64,000 nucleotides of DNA from assembly GCA_964252035.1 (NCBI GenBank), contig OZ176201.1; one strand, given 5' to 3'. The notes beneath the pieces were generated by a model. The model had not been told where the DNA came from and searched no databases. It saw only the letters and a list, made by a program, of their open reading frames with translations. Positions 49,725-63,080 of the stretch are shown piece by piece (position 1 is the first letter of the stretch; each line of letters begins with the position of its first letter). Position numbers and translations under genes: made by a program. This DNA comes from Podarcis erhardii (lineage: Eukaryota).

Positions 49725-52290
49725 TCCTTCCCCTTCACTTTTGCATTCGTTTACAGTTAGGAGACAGAACATGCTTAACTTTAATGTGGGTAGCATTGTC
49801 TTATCTAGCCTTTTATCTCTTCTGTTGATGCTGAAAAGATTTTGCATCTAATGCATAGCAAACACTCAAATTTTAAAAGATGGAGCACATAGGTAGATAA
49901 GTAGATTTGGTATAGATCCTCCTGTTGACAGGAAGAAATCATCATCATCATCATCATTGTTATCATTATTTTTATTTTTATTATCTGGGTTGCCCCAAAG
50001 GCTTTGTAGGAATGGCTTGCCTGCCATTGTCTTTTAAGTTCCTGTTTCTTTTCCACTGAACTCCAGTTTTCATATGTGCAACTGCACATTTTTACATCAT
50101 CTTGGAAAATGAATCTGGGGTAGGAACTTAGTAACGGATAAATAAAATCCTTGATTGTAAATAAACTTACTTTGCTTTGTAGGATTTTGCCAAGCACTGA
50201 ACGATGAGCCACTCAATGAAGGAAACTTTTAGCTTTCTATTATTTTGTCCAGATAATAAAGCTGTTTTCATATGGATTAGGGATATATTTGTCTCTCTGT
50301 GTGTATGCATGGTAGATCTGTGTCTATGTGTATTTGCAAAAGAAATAGTCTTTGTCTTCCCAGATACTAAGCCTATTGAATGGAGCCCAGTGTTTGCTGG
50401 TATGCACACCTGTGGGAAGGGGAGGGAAGGCGAGCTTTTGTTTTGATGTGAGAGGCCCATATGCTGATCTGAATAACCTCAACAATCCATTCACACCTTT
50501 GTCTTTCTTCTCCTATGTCTGAGGTCCCTTTTCCACTTCTTTGTTTTTACTTGTCTAGTCACACGTGTTCTGAATAGCTGCTCTGAGCCATTCAATGTTT
50601 CTGCATGTGTGCCTGTGCTTATGCATTTGAAGGGCGGGAATGGTGAGGAGGGGGGAGCGAAGAGGAGGGGGAAAGGCTGATAAGCTGTGACAAGTTGAAC
50701 AAAACAGACTTCTGATCTCCCCCCCCCCCTTTAAAAATCCTGAAAGCATTATGGTTTCTTGGACATAGCACATAGTCCAGACAAGTGGAGCTTTCAGAAC
50801 TGAACTGCCCAGATCTCTTTCCTGTAATAGCAGTTGCAGGACCAGCTTCTCATACAGCTAAATTCCATACCTTTCAAAGGGGAGAGAGGTCTGTAAAGGT
50901 TTGCACAAGCTCACACATCTCCCATGGAAGCGGAGCTGGGGTCAATCCCTTGGACTGCTCCAATTCTCCCACAGCCCAACGGGCAAAGAGAGAGAGGGGG
51001 GGTTCGGAACTGAATTGTCTGTTTCTCTCAGGAGTAAGATTCCAGCTCTAGCTCCTGACAGTAATGAATCATCCCAATCCTGAACAAAAGTAGCGAAAAA
51101 CTGGAAGAAAGCACTGTTGAGAACACAAAGGTAGGGAGAAGCTGCTGCTGCTGCTATCACTACTACTGTGATTCTTGGTCACAGAGCCAGCCAGAACCAG
51201 AGAGCAGAATAATCCTCAGGTGCCATATTGATGGACAGCCTGCATGGGCAGTGTAGGAGAGGGAGAGAGAGAGGTGTATTGTGGCCTAGGATTCCCCACA
51301 CCAGAATCAATCAATACCCACAGCTTCACCAGTGACACCCAGAATTAAAACCATGAAATGATTCTGTGTGTTTTTTTCTAACCAGAATAACACCCCAAGC
51401 TTGCAAAAGGGGCTGTGCTGCTTACTTAAAGAGGAACAAAAATAGTTCAAAGATTTTCAAGCAATGGTGCCATCATGACAAGACTCTGGGAGCAGAGATC
51501 CAGGGCCCTGTTCAGTAGAATGAACAGGATGGCTCCCAAATGCAGAACAGCAGGATTCTCAAGTTGTGAAATCATTGAAGTAACACACATTACAAAAAAT
51601 GAAGGAGGGGGTTTTAGGCACCTAAGACTATTAAATTCAAAGACTAACATTACCTAAGTGCATCCCTACTTTTGAGCATGTACATCTGGACAAGCCAGCC
51701 CTGAGGACTCCATGATCCAGGTCCTGCAAAAACAGTGTCTACCTAACACTGTCATCATTAGATAGCTACACTTTTTTCGGCATGCCAGACAGGGGGGAAA
51801 AGTTGTAGGAACCATTTTAAAATTAGGATATTAGTATGTTTCCTCCTTTCATGCAGTATATGTCTTCTTTCCCATGATAGACTGCTACAAACGTGTAGTT
51901 TGTGTTCAAAAGCCCACCCACTTAAGACCCTTTCTTCCAAGTGTTGCAAGCCTAAGCTGCCACATATAGGGATTAGTGTATAATAAGCAACTCACTTTTT
52001 CAGCTTCAGTTCTTTATAGTAAGCTCAGTAATGGATAGTATATCCAAGTTTATGAGCCGTAGCTCCTTTACCAGTACCATAAGACCAGCTGTGTAGACAC
52101 AAATCAGGCTCTGAAGAGGTGTGATTGCTCTGTTTGTGCCTGGCTTTTCCCTTTAATTCCCCCACTCTCAACCCATGAGTGTGGCTGTGAAGAAGAAAAA
52201 GAGGAGAGGCAAAAGAGTCCAAAGAATTCAATGCAATTTGGAATTTTGAATATAAATAGGCCGGAAGCAGACAATAAGTCTGCCATCTTA

Positions 52291-52710
<420 letters not shown>

Positions 52711-53744
52711 TCATTTAGGATTACCCTTGACAAAAGTGATAAATACTTGTCCTTAATATATCTGAGTAAACCTGAGAACACCTTAGGCGTGTCCTAAGCC
52801 CCAAAGTTGTCATCCCTGCTATTCCGAGTATAGAAGGAAATAATACAAGAAAAATTATAGCTGAAAATGTTTGGCAGGGCCAACCAAAGTAGTATAACAA
52901 GTTAGCATGAATACATGAGTTTCTGTTTTCTCATGGAAAACAAAAGATACATTTTAAGGATATAAATTGTTTGTACCAATTCAAAATCACAATTTATCAA
53001 TTAAATCTGAACTACACAAGGCTCCAATTTTCTTTCCCAAGTCACCAGGATTTTGATTTTCACACTAATCCAGTATGATCAAGAGGGCTGTGGTGCAACA
53101 GCTGCAAGTACTCTTGGATGAAAACAGTTATCTTCACCCATTCATTTAGGTTCTGGCTTACAAAGAAGACAGGTGCTGCTCTTACTGTCCTTTTGGTGCC
53201 AGTTCCTCTTTCAACAAGCCTTCTAAGCGAAGGTGTTGTTGTTGTTGTTTTTAATAATCCTAATCAGTATCTGTATTGGATGTGAAATTTCTTTTATATA
53301 TGCAATTGTTGAAACTGTTTTCATATATGCAAGTGCTTTATATATGGTTTTACTGTATTGTGGCATCACCTCTGGATGCTTCATAGGAACCAATTCATTC
53401 ATTCATTCATTCATAATTAAATAAATAATGAGAAATGAAGATACATCAAAATTGACAGATGCATCTATGTCTAACAAACACTGCAAATCCACACCTGGAT
53501 TTCCTGGTTCATCATGAAGGTCTCATGGCTCATGGTTTCTCACTTTGGTTTGGAAGAGAAAACTCCTATTCCTTTGTTTACCTGATACAGCTGGTTGGAG
53601 ATTAAGGCATTATATTTGCTTAATTATCACATTTCAGTCCTAAGAATTACAATGTAGCTTCTTGGTGTGTGTGTGGATGTGTGTGGGGTGTGTGTGTGAA
53701 GTGGTCATAACTCTAATGTGGACTGCCAAACTATCTCTTATTGA

Positions 53745-53898
53745 AATAGAATAATAATAGAATATTGTTAATAGAATAATAATAGAGGGTCATTTTGTCC
53801 AACCCCCTGCAATGCAGGAATCTTTTGCTTCAGTGTGGGGCTCAAACCCACAACCCTGAGATTAAGAGTCTCAGGCTCTACCAACTGAGCTATCCCAG
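53745..53898 (-). mobile_element. tRNA-Lys(CTT)-derived SINE with CR1-like 3' end
   Basis: Minus strand reads ctgggatagctcagttggtagagcctgagactcttaatctcagggttgtgggtttgagccccacac, close to tRNA-Lys(CTT) but with a decayed B-box and acceptor stem. It continues into aaaagattcctgcattgcagggggttggac and an attct/tattat-rich tail typical of CR1 3' ends. Confidence 0.8.
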
Positions 53899-54572
53899 AG
53901 GTTTATCTGTGTGCCACGTCTATGGCAACTGAGAAGAAAGAGGAGTTATTTGCTTTTATCTTGTGATAAAACTTTAAAGTAAATTACATAATACATGTTG
54001 GTTTCTTTTACCAATATTACGAAGTCTGCTGGGTCTTAAACAGGTGCCCTTCAATCCCAAAGCAACCAACCAGTCGCTTGAAGTAAGTAGCGTCTTTAGC
54101 AAAGGAAATGCTACCCAATTTTAAAAAGTTTTAAAACCATTCCAGGCATAGGAGGGAGGGGGGAGAAAATATGTTAGGACCTGGGCCAATAAAAATGTTG
54201 ATTTTTTTCCTTCGGCATAGAGCTGGGGAGAGGATTTATAGATCCCAGAGCAAATGTGAGTCGGGTTCTCCCCCAACACATGCACACACACCAACCAAAC
54301 CTAGCCTACTAAATTCAGTCCTAGCACAATAGGCCATATGCAATGGGTAGGATTTGTTATCAGTGCTACAGACCAGCAAACAACAATTCGGATACAATTA
54401 GTCAAGGTTAAAAGTCCCACTGATAACACTGTAGTAAAAAGCTGTAGCCAAAGTTTGTTGTTCTATTCTGCCCACAAGAAAGTAACAGAAGTAACAGCAA
54501 GAGTAGAACTTCACCTTCTCTCACGCAAGCTCTGGTGTCATCCATTCTTGCCCTGCCTGCTTGGTTTTTGTC

Positions 54573-54703
54573 CATAGTTGGGGAACTTGTGGGGGCCCAG
54601 GTTCTGCCGGACAACAGCCCCTATCATCCCTGACCATCAGCAATGCTGGTTGCAGGGAGTTATAATCCAGCAACATCAGGAAGGCCACAGGTTTCCTTCC
54701 CCA
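54573..54703. mobile_element. Short palindromic non-autonomous DNA element, same family as 29462
   Basis: ggggaacttgtgg ... catccctgacca ... tccagcaacatcaggaaggccacaggttt; shared with 29462-29572 in inverse orientation of the core. Confidence 0.55.
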
Positions 54704-55672
54704 GCCGTAGTGATTGAATTCCTGCCTATAGATGCACGCTCCATCTTAGAAAATATCTAAACCGCGTACACAAAGCACTCATAAAACAGTATAAAGTATC
54801 CAGCCTGGCAGAAAAGCTGTCTGCATCTCACCTCCTCTCCTATTTCTAATCCTGGGTTAGGGTTTGGAATGCAGCAAGTTTTCTGCTTCCTTATCGCTCA
54901 AGTAATCACTGGGAAGCTGCTCTACTGTGCCAACTCGCAGGGGTTTTGTTGTGTCTGGGGTTCTGCCACCATTGTCCTGTACCACACATTGCAACACATC
55001 CTAGCTGCTTTAGATCCAAAGCAGACACTCTTGTAGCTGCTTATTTCCTGCCTTCACCGTGCACCTGTATGCAGAAACCAGGCCCTGCAAACCATGCTGG
55101 CACCATTGGAACGGCAGCTCATACAGGCTCTAATTTCATTAGGAGTGGAGATGGATGGATTAGAAACCATTGTCTTCACCCTGTCCCTGAATGCCCAGCT
55201 TCTGAAAATCCTGCCACTGGGTTGGCCTGGCCTCCAGCCAGCACTCATTGGCAATTATGCTTGTTAGCCTGCTGTGCTTTATGATGCCCCGTGGAAGAAT
55301 TGGACTTGCTAAGAAATACTCTTACCATTACAGTAACTTCCAAAAAAAGAGAATGAATGCCATTGGCACATTTAATAAAAAGGAGAAACAACTAAAGAGT
55401 AAAGGCTGGAAGAGGCCCAGGAGGAGCAGAGTTACATCCTATCGCTCCCATGTACCATTCCCTTGGAAGGCCGGACGTGATGCAATTATGGCTTTCCTCC
55501 TTAGCTGCTGAATTCTGATGGCTCTGGTAAACATGCTGCTGCTGAACAACTGCTTCTGTAGCTGTTCCATTTTGTTCAAGGGAACACAGGGAACCCACAG
55601 GAGTTGGGGGGGAAACAATTCCAGAAGAGTGGAGCAGCTTGCTTTGGGGTGGTGAGTCTACATCTCACAAGT

Positions 55673-55673
<1 letters not shown>

Positions 55674-55721
<48 letters not shown>
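55674..55721. repeat. (AAT)n microsatellite
   Basis: Seen directly; probably an expanded LINE tail. Confidence 0.95.
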
Positions 55722-55723
<2 letters not shown>

Positions 55724-55850
55724 TACTCTGCCGACTGGATTGTCCCAGCCACTCTGGGCAGCTTCCAACAACTATTAAAAACATAATAAAACATCCAACA
55801 TTAAAAACTTCCCTATACAGGGCTACCTTTAGATGTCTTCTATAAATTGT
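55674..55850 (-). mobile_element. LINE 3' end (L2-like) with (TTA)n tail
   Basis: Minus strand gccctgtatagggaagtttttaatg...tgttggaagctgcccagagtggctgggacaatccagtc runs directly into the (TTA)n microsatellite at 55674-55721. Confidence 0.55.
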
Positions 55851-58444
55851 ATAGTTTTGTGTTTTGAAACGAGAAAGTCTCACAAAAGCCTCCTTCCCCA
55901 TACTTCATGATTCCTGTAACAGATCAGACTGGCTTCTCTCCCATTGGCAAAAGCCTTATTTTCTTTTGGGTCCACTTTGTTGGTGGTGCTGGCCAATTCT
56001 TTTTTCTTTAAAGATCTACTTTCTCTTTTGCAATATTTTAGCAAATAGGAAAATGCATTTAAAAGACAGCATCACTTTTTTAAAAAACAAACAAAACACA
56101 TTTGCTGCCTTCCCTTGTCACGAAACAGGTAACTGGAGAATGTATGTACACATTGGAAATCAGATGCTTACTCTGAATGAAATGGGTTAGCTGAAAGGGA
56201 TAGTGATTACGGTAGGTTTACAGAAAGTCAGGCAAATCCTTTCCTTGTCCTTCTGGTGACTTTAGGAACTAAGCAATGCCCCAAAGCAACCTTAGGGGAG
56301 AGGGGAATAGGGTCTTATTTAGACAATGTGCCAGAAGGCAGTGATCAGGCTTCCTTCACTTTTAAAGGGAGCAAGGGCAGCAAAAACACATGGTAGCTCC
56401 CCCTGTTGGCTGGGTAAGAATCAAGCTGCACTACACTTCCCACTCAGCCAGCAAAAATCCCCTATTCCTCTAAGCCCCGGTATATTTCCAGAATGATGAG
56501 AGAAGAGCTCATGCACAACCACTGCAGTTCCATGTCCAGTTTTGGGGATTTGGGGATTGGTGAGGATGTTCCAGCTCTCTTAACTTTTCTGCAAGGGCTA
56601 GATATCCCACCTGTCAGTAAAGATTGCCTCCTATACTGGCCCCTTCCCCAATATAGTCACCCCACCCATTTTCTGGATGTTCAAATGCAGACATACTGAT
56701 TTACAAATGTAACAATTAGAAATTAGTCTCAGGGTGGCATCCGACAAGATATTTTCTTCCTAAGCCAAGGGGCTTTTTGCATATTTAAATGTGGAGGGTG
56801 GATATGGAGGGGTTAAGAAAATGGAGTTTTTTGAAGTGGGTATTTGAAGCAGCAAATTAGAGATTGGCGTTGCTTGACACTTTCCCCTCCCACAGTTTTC
56901 CACTCAATTATATTGCTAAAAATGCTTGCTTGCTTACATAGCTGGGCACATGGGCTGTTCCTGCACTCCTATAGTTCTGCTACTGCCTTGCTACCCAGGG
57001 ATAAACCATAGCTTGGCTTAGGGTTGTGTCCAATATGAGCCAAGATTGTTGGGGGTGGGTTTCTTTTGTTTTCTTTTAACTCCTTGTGGTTTGTCTAGGG
57101 GAGATAAACGACGTGCCAAGGCTTGGACGTGATGCTAAGCCAAACCATGTCTTAGACCTTGATAGCACAACAACAGGAGGACCTGGGAGAGGTACACAGA
57201 CTTTGTGATGTTCACTCCTGCAAGTGACAAATTGGCTTGCACTAAACCATGGTTTGGCTTAGCATTTCATGCAAACTAGGCTTATAGATAATACAGATGC
57301 CAAGCCTGATGCAAGGTTAATGCATTAAATCTCTATTTTAGTTGGGGAAGCGAAGAGCAGCATGTCCTGTTAGAAATAAATGCCTAAGGGCTTGCAAAAT
57401 GTTTCTTTAGCACTCAATTGGAATCCACTTGGGAACAATTTGTCCGCTTAAGCTATTTGTCTGTACAATCACAGTCTTATCTGGTTAAGATCTTTGTTGC
57501 AGCTTTCTCTGGCTGCAGGCAAAACAGAACCTCTCTGCACACAACTTCTACCTGCTTCCCAAATATTCTCAAGGCTTTTATATTCTAGATTTGTTGCTGG
57601 TTGTTCTTGTTAATCTCACATGCTGATGCTATCAAACTTTCTTTTTTAGAATTTCCAAATCTTTGTATTTCATAATGAGAGGCAGACCTTTTTTTGATTG
57701 TGATTCTCATCACCTTATTTCCAAATTATTTGTGTCTACCTATTCTTTTACCCACATTTTTATAGACGTATTAAAAAATAATTCTCCCCTTTGTGCCTTG
57801 GAGTTATGCACTTCAACCAACCTCTGCAGCCTTTCTCTGGTTCCCCTCACCATTGGAGGTCGTGGGGACAAAATCTGGAACAGCCAAGAGAGATACATGA
57901 AATGCTATATATTCCCTGCCCACTTTTATTATCTGAGCAGCAAATGTGATCTTACTCCAGCAGGCTTTTCTCAGATGCAATCTTTTAATGCCCAGCAATA
58001 CTGTGAAAGAGACTAGTTGACTTGGCAGCTATATTAGCTGAACATGCCCAAGCATCACCACTTGACCAAAAGGAATTGGTGACAAAATTTGCAAAGGCCA
58101 CAGCACACAAAGTGAGATATTGATGTGCCTGAAATTGAAACTTTTAAGAGACTTAAATTTTAACATCACAATTCACAAGATTATTCAAAACGACCTGTGT
58201 GCTAAAACATTGTCTTCTGTATACGAGAAAAATAATCAATGATTGTTGTATTACTTATTCTTGCAATTTAAAATAAATTTAACAGTTTCAAGGTTTTCGC
58301 TTTTCTTTTTTCTGCAAGACATCCGTTTTTTGAAAATTCAAGTTAGCAATTTGGGGGGTGGGGGGTGTGCAAGTAGTTAGTCTTGCCTAAGGCGCAAAAT
58401 AGCCCGGCACCAGCACTTACAGTAGTCAGTGATGGTCAATAACT

Positions 58445-58704
58445 AGGGTGTCTTTTTAAAATGATGGGGCAAATTCATGAAGGATAAGGCTATCAATGGC
58501 TTCTAGGCATGATGGCCATGCTCCAACTCCATTCTCAGAGGCAGTGTGCCTCTGTATACCAGTTGTTGGAAATCACAGGAGGAATGAGTGTTTTTGTGCT
58601 GAACTCCTGCTAGCAGGTTTCCCACAGGCATCTGGTTGGCCACTGTGAAAACAGGAAGCTGGATTAGATGGACCATTGACCTGATCCAACAGGCTCTTTT
58701 TATG
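58445..58704 (+). mobile_element. CR1-type LINE 3' fragment
   Basis: ggcaaattcatgaaggataaggctatcaatggc ... ggcatctggttggccactgtg ... gctggattagatggaccattgacctgatccaacaggctcttttatg-like end, matching my recollection of squamate CR1 3' ends. Confidence 0.7.
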
Positions 58705-58955
58705 TAAGATTAAAATCAGTTCTCTTTTCATGTTATTTAGCTTTGGATAAGACCTTGGAAAAGGAACCACATTATCCATGGGATGTTGCAAATCCAGTCT
58801 GGATAGAAGTGACTCACAGGGTGAGCCAATGGCTGGGCAATGACTACAGTTTGGGAGCTATGAGCTTTTTCATTTTTGATCTCACTCTTAAGGTCACACC
58901 TTAGCCCCGAGCTTGAAATGTTACGACTGCTGCCGTGGTTTCAATATGAAGATGT

Positions 58956-59070
58956 TAAGCAACATAAAAGAGGTCCTTCCTGGATTAGACCAGAAATCTA
59001 CCAACTCCAGCATCCTGTTTCCAAGAATGGTCTACCAGATGTTTCCAGGAAGCCTACGGTCAAGGCATGT
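58956..59070 (-). mobile_element. CR1-type LINE extreme 3' fragment
   Basis: aacataaaagagg...ctggattagacc...ccagcatcctgttt...ccagatg is the inverse of the end of the 58445-58704 fragment. Confidence 0.55.
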
Positions 59071-59089
59071 AGGTGACAGTGACAGCTGT

Positions 59090-59390
59090 CCCTTTCTCTT
59101 GTTCTCAAGGCAACCTAAAGCAACTTACATACAAGCAAACGACACCCATATAGACACATTAAAACCAAAACATTAAAAACATTCCACCCACTTATAAAAG
59201 GCCACAGATAGTTAAAGGCCAAAGGCCTTGTTATACAGGAAAGTTTTTGTCCAGCACCTGATGGTGACAGGCCATCATTCCACAAATGGTGGAGCCACTG
59301 CAGAAATGGCCCATTACCCTGTTGCTACCCTTCAGACCTCTCAGGGAGGAGGCGCATGAAGAAGCCATATTGCCCTGAGTATCCATATAG
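59090..59390 (-). mobile_element. Diverged LINE fragment (L2-like), adjacent to Sauria SINE copy C
   Basis: Motifs ttccacaaatggtggagccactgcagaaatggccc and an A-rich tail-like stretch. Family assignment by recollection only. Confidence 0.35.
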
Positions 59391-59404
59391 CCAACATGGA
59401 TAAT

Positions 59405-59770
59405 AGGTAAAGGTAAAGGTACCCCTGCCCGTACGGCCAGTCGTGTCCGACTCTAGGGTTGTGCGCCCATCTCACTTAAGAGGCCGGGGGCCAGCGCTGT
59501 CCGGAGACACTTCCGGGTCACGTGGCCAGCGTGACTAAGCTGCTCTGGCGAACCAGCACCAGCGCAGCACACGGAAACGCCGTTTACCTTCCCGCTATAA
59601 AGCGGTCCCTATTTATCTACTTGCACTTGGGGGTGCTTTCGAACTGCTAGGTGGGCAGGAGCTGGGACCGAAAGACAGGAGCTCACCCCACCGTGGGGAT
59701 TTGAACCGCCGACCATATGATCGGCAAGTCCTAGGCACTGAGGTTTTACCCACAGCGCCACCCGCGTCCC
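59405..59770 (-). mobile_element. Sauria SINE, full length (copy C)
   Basis: Same head and tail as copies A and B. TSD aacatggataatagg at 59393-59407 and 59771-59785. Confidence 0.95.
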
Positions 59771-60291
59771 AACATGGATAATAGGCATTTATTAATAGGC
59801 CAATCATCCATTAATTTAGCAACCTTGCTGCAAAGGTTTTCATCAGCTGCAACTTCTGGACCAGCCATTAAGGAAAGCATCACACAGAACAATTCAATAT
59901 TATTTGTTTATTTATTACCTGCCCTTCACTCAAAGGTCCCAGGGCAGATCACAACAGTGAAATATATTATTTTTTTAAAAAACAGTTTAAAACAACTTCC
60001 AATCACAAAAATATGGGGATTACCAATGCCTGGCTACCCTAGTCAAGCTATCCTGACCAAGGAATGGTTGAAGTTGTCAGACCTGCTGAAGATGTCAGAA
60101 AGCACACCTAGCTTGGGCCTCCAGGGACAAATATATCATTCCAGTGACAAAGATGTATAGGAATACCCACAAGTGATGTATCTGCTCCTTCAGATGGAGT
60201 GCAACCTTGTTCAGAACAGCCAACTGACACAGACCTGAAAACCACTCATCCACAGAGCCTCCATCTTGTTGGGATTCAAGCTCAAACTATA

Positions 60292-60526
60292 CAGTTGTAC
60301 CTTGGTTGTTGAACACTCTGGAACTCTGACGTTTTGGCTCCCAAACAAAACCCAGAAGTGACTGATCCAGTTTTCGAACGTTTTTTTGGAAGCTGAACAT
60401 CCGATGGGGCTTCCGTGGCTTCCGATTGGCTGCAGGAGCTGCAGAAGTCACGATTTGGAAGTCAATCACTTTGGAAGTCAAACAGACTTCAGGAATGGAT
60501 TCCATTTGACTTCCAAGGTACAACTG
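60292..60526. mobile_element. Tc1/mariner MITE, 235 bp, related to the 48333 element
   Basis: Perfect 14-bp TIR cagttgtaccttgg / ccaaggtacaactg with TA flanks. Shares internal segments (aaacccagaagt, ggaagc.gaacatccgatg, aacagact) with 48333-48574. Confidence 0.88.
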
Positions 60527-61837
60527 TATTCTATATGTGGAGATAACCTGCCGGCACACTTTGATATCTACTAATAACCAATTCATATAGGTGAGCAAAC
60601 TAAACACGTAAGATTGGGTCTGTGGTCCACAATTACTGCAGTTTAATGAGCATGGAATACTAAGATGTAATCTGCATGTAGCTCAAAAATCAGGTCCCTG
60701 TAAATGCAGAAATGTCACTTCATTCCAAGTACAGTGGTTAAGTATTGCCAATGAATGGGTGTTACAACAGCTTCCAGGAGAGGGAACTGGCAACTTCACC
60801 TGACGTGTAACATTGTGCCATTATAAATGAATCTTGCAGCCTTGGGGGGGGGGGTAGGGACTCAAAAGATGGCCACTAACACACCAGAACTGACTTTTTC
60901 ACACAGTCAGCTTGGCAAAACCCTAACTTTCCCTCTTCCTGGTCTCCTGACTCGTGCTAGGGAAACAGAACACAGTGTGAGCTCTTTGGGAGCACTTACT
61001 GGGTCCTCCTCCTGATGCCAATGAATTACAAACCTCAGCTCAGCCTCTTGATGTGCCAGACATGCTAACAGAGGCTTGACAGATTGCAGCTCTTGGGAAG
61101 CACTGGTTTTTCCTCAGATGTAGAGCTGGCTCCAGGGAACAGTTGGCAGGTCAAGCTGCTTGTTTCTGCCCAACAGAGCAAAACCAAGTGTTTGTGCTGC
61201 CGTAGTACAACTTGGCCAAAATACGCTTGATCTCCAGTTTCCAAGGTGGAGCTTGGGAGCAGGGGGTGGGAGATGATTTGTTTGCCCAGGATAAGGATCA
61301 TTCAGTGGCTGATTCTCCTGCTGTGAAAGTGTGTGCATGGGGCGGGGGTCTCAGGAGCCAGGCAGGATATTGAACAATGAGAACCATTATGTGGGTTTCA
61401 TGCTTTTCCACAGACATCTAGTGTGGCTGATTATCAGAGAAAAAGGACCAGCCGTTGAGTTTGCTGTGGTAACTCCTCTAAGCTTAACTTTTGTGTTTTT
61501 CCACATGCCTACTCCCTACCCCATGCAAGAGGCGCTGGATGCCACTGAGCACGTCAACCTTGATAGAGTTTTCTAACAGGATGCTAAAGGTTCATTGGGA
61601 CACTAAGAACCCCCAAGAGATCATATGAGAAAGGAAGGAGTAACTGGGTGGGATCTGGACTCTCACTAAGCGGGGCAGGCCTGAATGAATTCTGAAATGT
61701 TTGCATTTGTCAATATTCTTCATCCAAATTTGAAAAATTCAGAATGTTAAAATGCACACTTCGTTTGTTTATTTCTTTAACTGAGTTCATGAAGCTTTGA
61801 AAAATATCTGTGGCTGTTTTAAAACCAGTCTGGGGAA

Positions 61838-61957
61838 GGGTTGCAGCTTAGTGGTGGAGCATCTGGTTCAGTAGGGCTGGGAAGAATTATCTGTCTGAAA
61901 CCCTGCATAGCCATAGCCAGTCAGTGCAGCCAATAGTGAGCTAGAGACGGACCAGTG
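61838..61957 (+). mobile_element. tRNA-derived SINE, second family, partial
   Basis: gcttagtggtggagcatctg ... tagggctgggaag ... ctgaaaccctg ... gccagtcagtg ... gagctaga. Confidence 0.55.
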
Positions 61958-61987
61958 CAAGCGTGCATATATACTTGTGTTTGTATA

Positions 61988-62350
61988 AAAGGTAAAGGTA
62001 AAGGTAAAGGGACCCCTGACCATTAGGTCCAGTCGCAGATGACTCTGGGGTTGCGGCGCTCATTTCGCTTTATTGGCCGAGGGAGCCGGCGTACAGCTTC
62101 CGGGTCATGTGGGCAGCATGACTAAGCCGCTTCTGGCAAACCAGAGCAGCGCACGGAAACGTGGTTTACCTTCCTGCTGGAGTGGTACCTATTTATCTAC
62201 TTGCACTTTGACGTGCTTTCGAACTGCTAGGTTGGCAGGAGCAGGGGCCGAGCAACGGGAACTCACCCCGTTGTGGGGATTCGAACTGCTAACCCTCTGA
62301 TTGGCAAGCGCTAGGCTCTGTGGTTTAACCCACAGCGCCACCCGCGTCCC
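61988..62350 (-). mobile_element. Sauria SINE, full length (copy D, different subfamily)
   Basis: Same head and tail. The 3' region reads gacccctgaccattaggtccagtc instead of gtacccctgcccgtacggccagtc. Imperfect TSD ttgtgtttgtata (61975-61987) and ttgtgttgtata (62351-62362). Confidence 0.95.
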
Positions 62351-62731
62351 TTGTGTTGTATACTTGATGTTATAAGATTAGTTAGTATGGGGAAGGAGTG
62401 GGGAACCTTTTTCAGCCCAAAGGCCACAGCCTTTCCAATAGTGGGGAGAGCTGAAGGCAAGTAAGTTGGCCAAATAATGGATGTGGCTCTTACTGTTGTC
62501 CAGTAAACTACATCCCAGCAAATCCTTGTAGATTCATAATCTAAAAAATAAAAAAAAAGCTAGAAAGAGAATCCAATAAAAGCAACATGTGAGGGGAAGG
62601 TGCTACAAACAAGACAATACATCTATACCCCTTTTTAGATTTGGTATTACTATGCAAGGGAACAAAGACAACTGGAGATAATAAATGGCTGAAAGAACTG
62701 GCTGTGTTCTACCTAGAGAGAAGAGAATTGC

Positions 62732-62732
62732 T

Positions 62733-62779
<47 letters not shown>

Positions 62780-62808
62780 GATAAATAGATGATAGGTAGA
62801 TGATAGAT
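62732..62808. repeat. (GATA)n microsatellite with degenerate right flank
   Basis: Seen directly. Confidence 0.93.
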
Positions 62809-63030
62809 ATTTTTTTAAAAAAATATTTATATTTTAGAATATATTTCTATACATCTATAATATTTGGAAAATGTGTAAAAATAGAAATATCAGAATAAAG
62901 AATGGGGAAAACTCTTCTTCCTATTAGTTAGAAAAAGAAGCAGAGGTTTTAAAATTCACAGAAAGTAAAAAGTGAGTGAAACAGTGAAGAATAAACCGCC
63001 GGTGGAAGATTCTGAATTTCCTTCAAAAAA

Positions 63031-63080
63031 GGAAAGGAAAGGAAAGGAAAGGAAAGGAAAGGAAAGGAAAGGAAAGGAAA
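63031..63080. repeat. (GGAAA)10 microsatellite
   Basis: Seen directly. Confidence 0.95.

Noticed and set aside
53828-53898. Functional tRNA-Lys gene
   Set aside because: The acceptor stem and T-loop are decayed and the sequence is fused to a CR1-like tail, so it is a SINE head.
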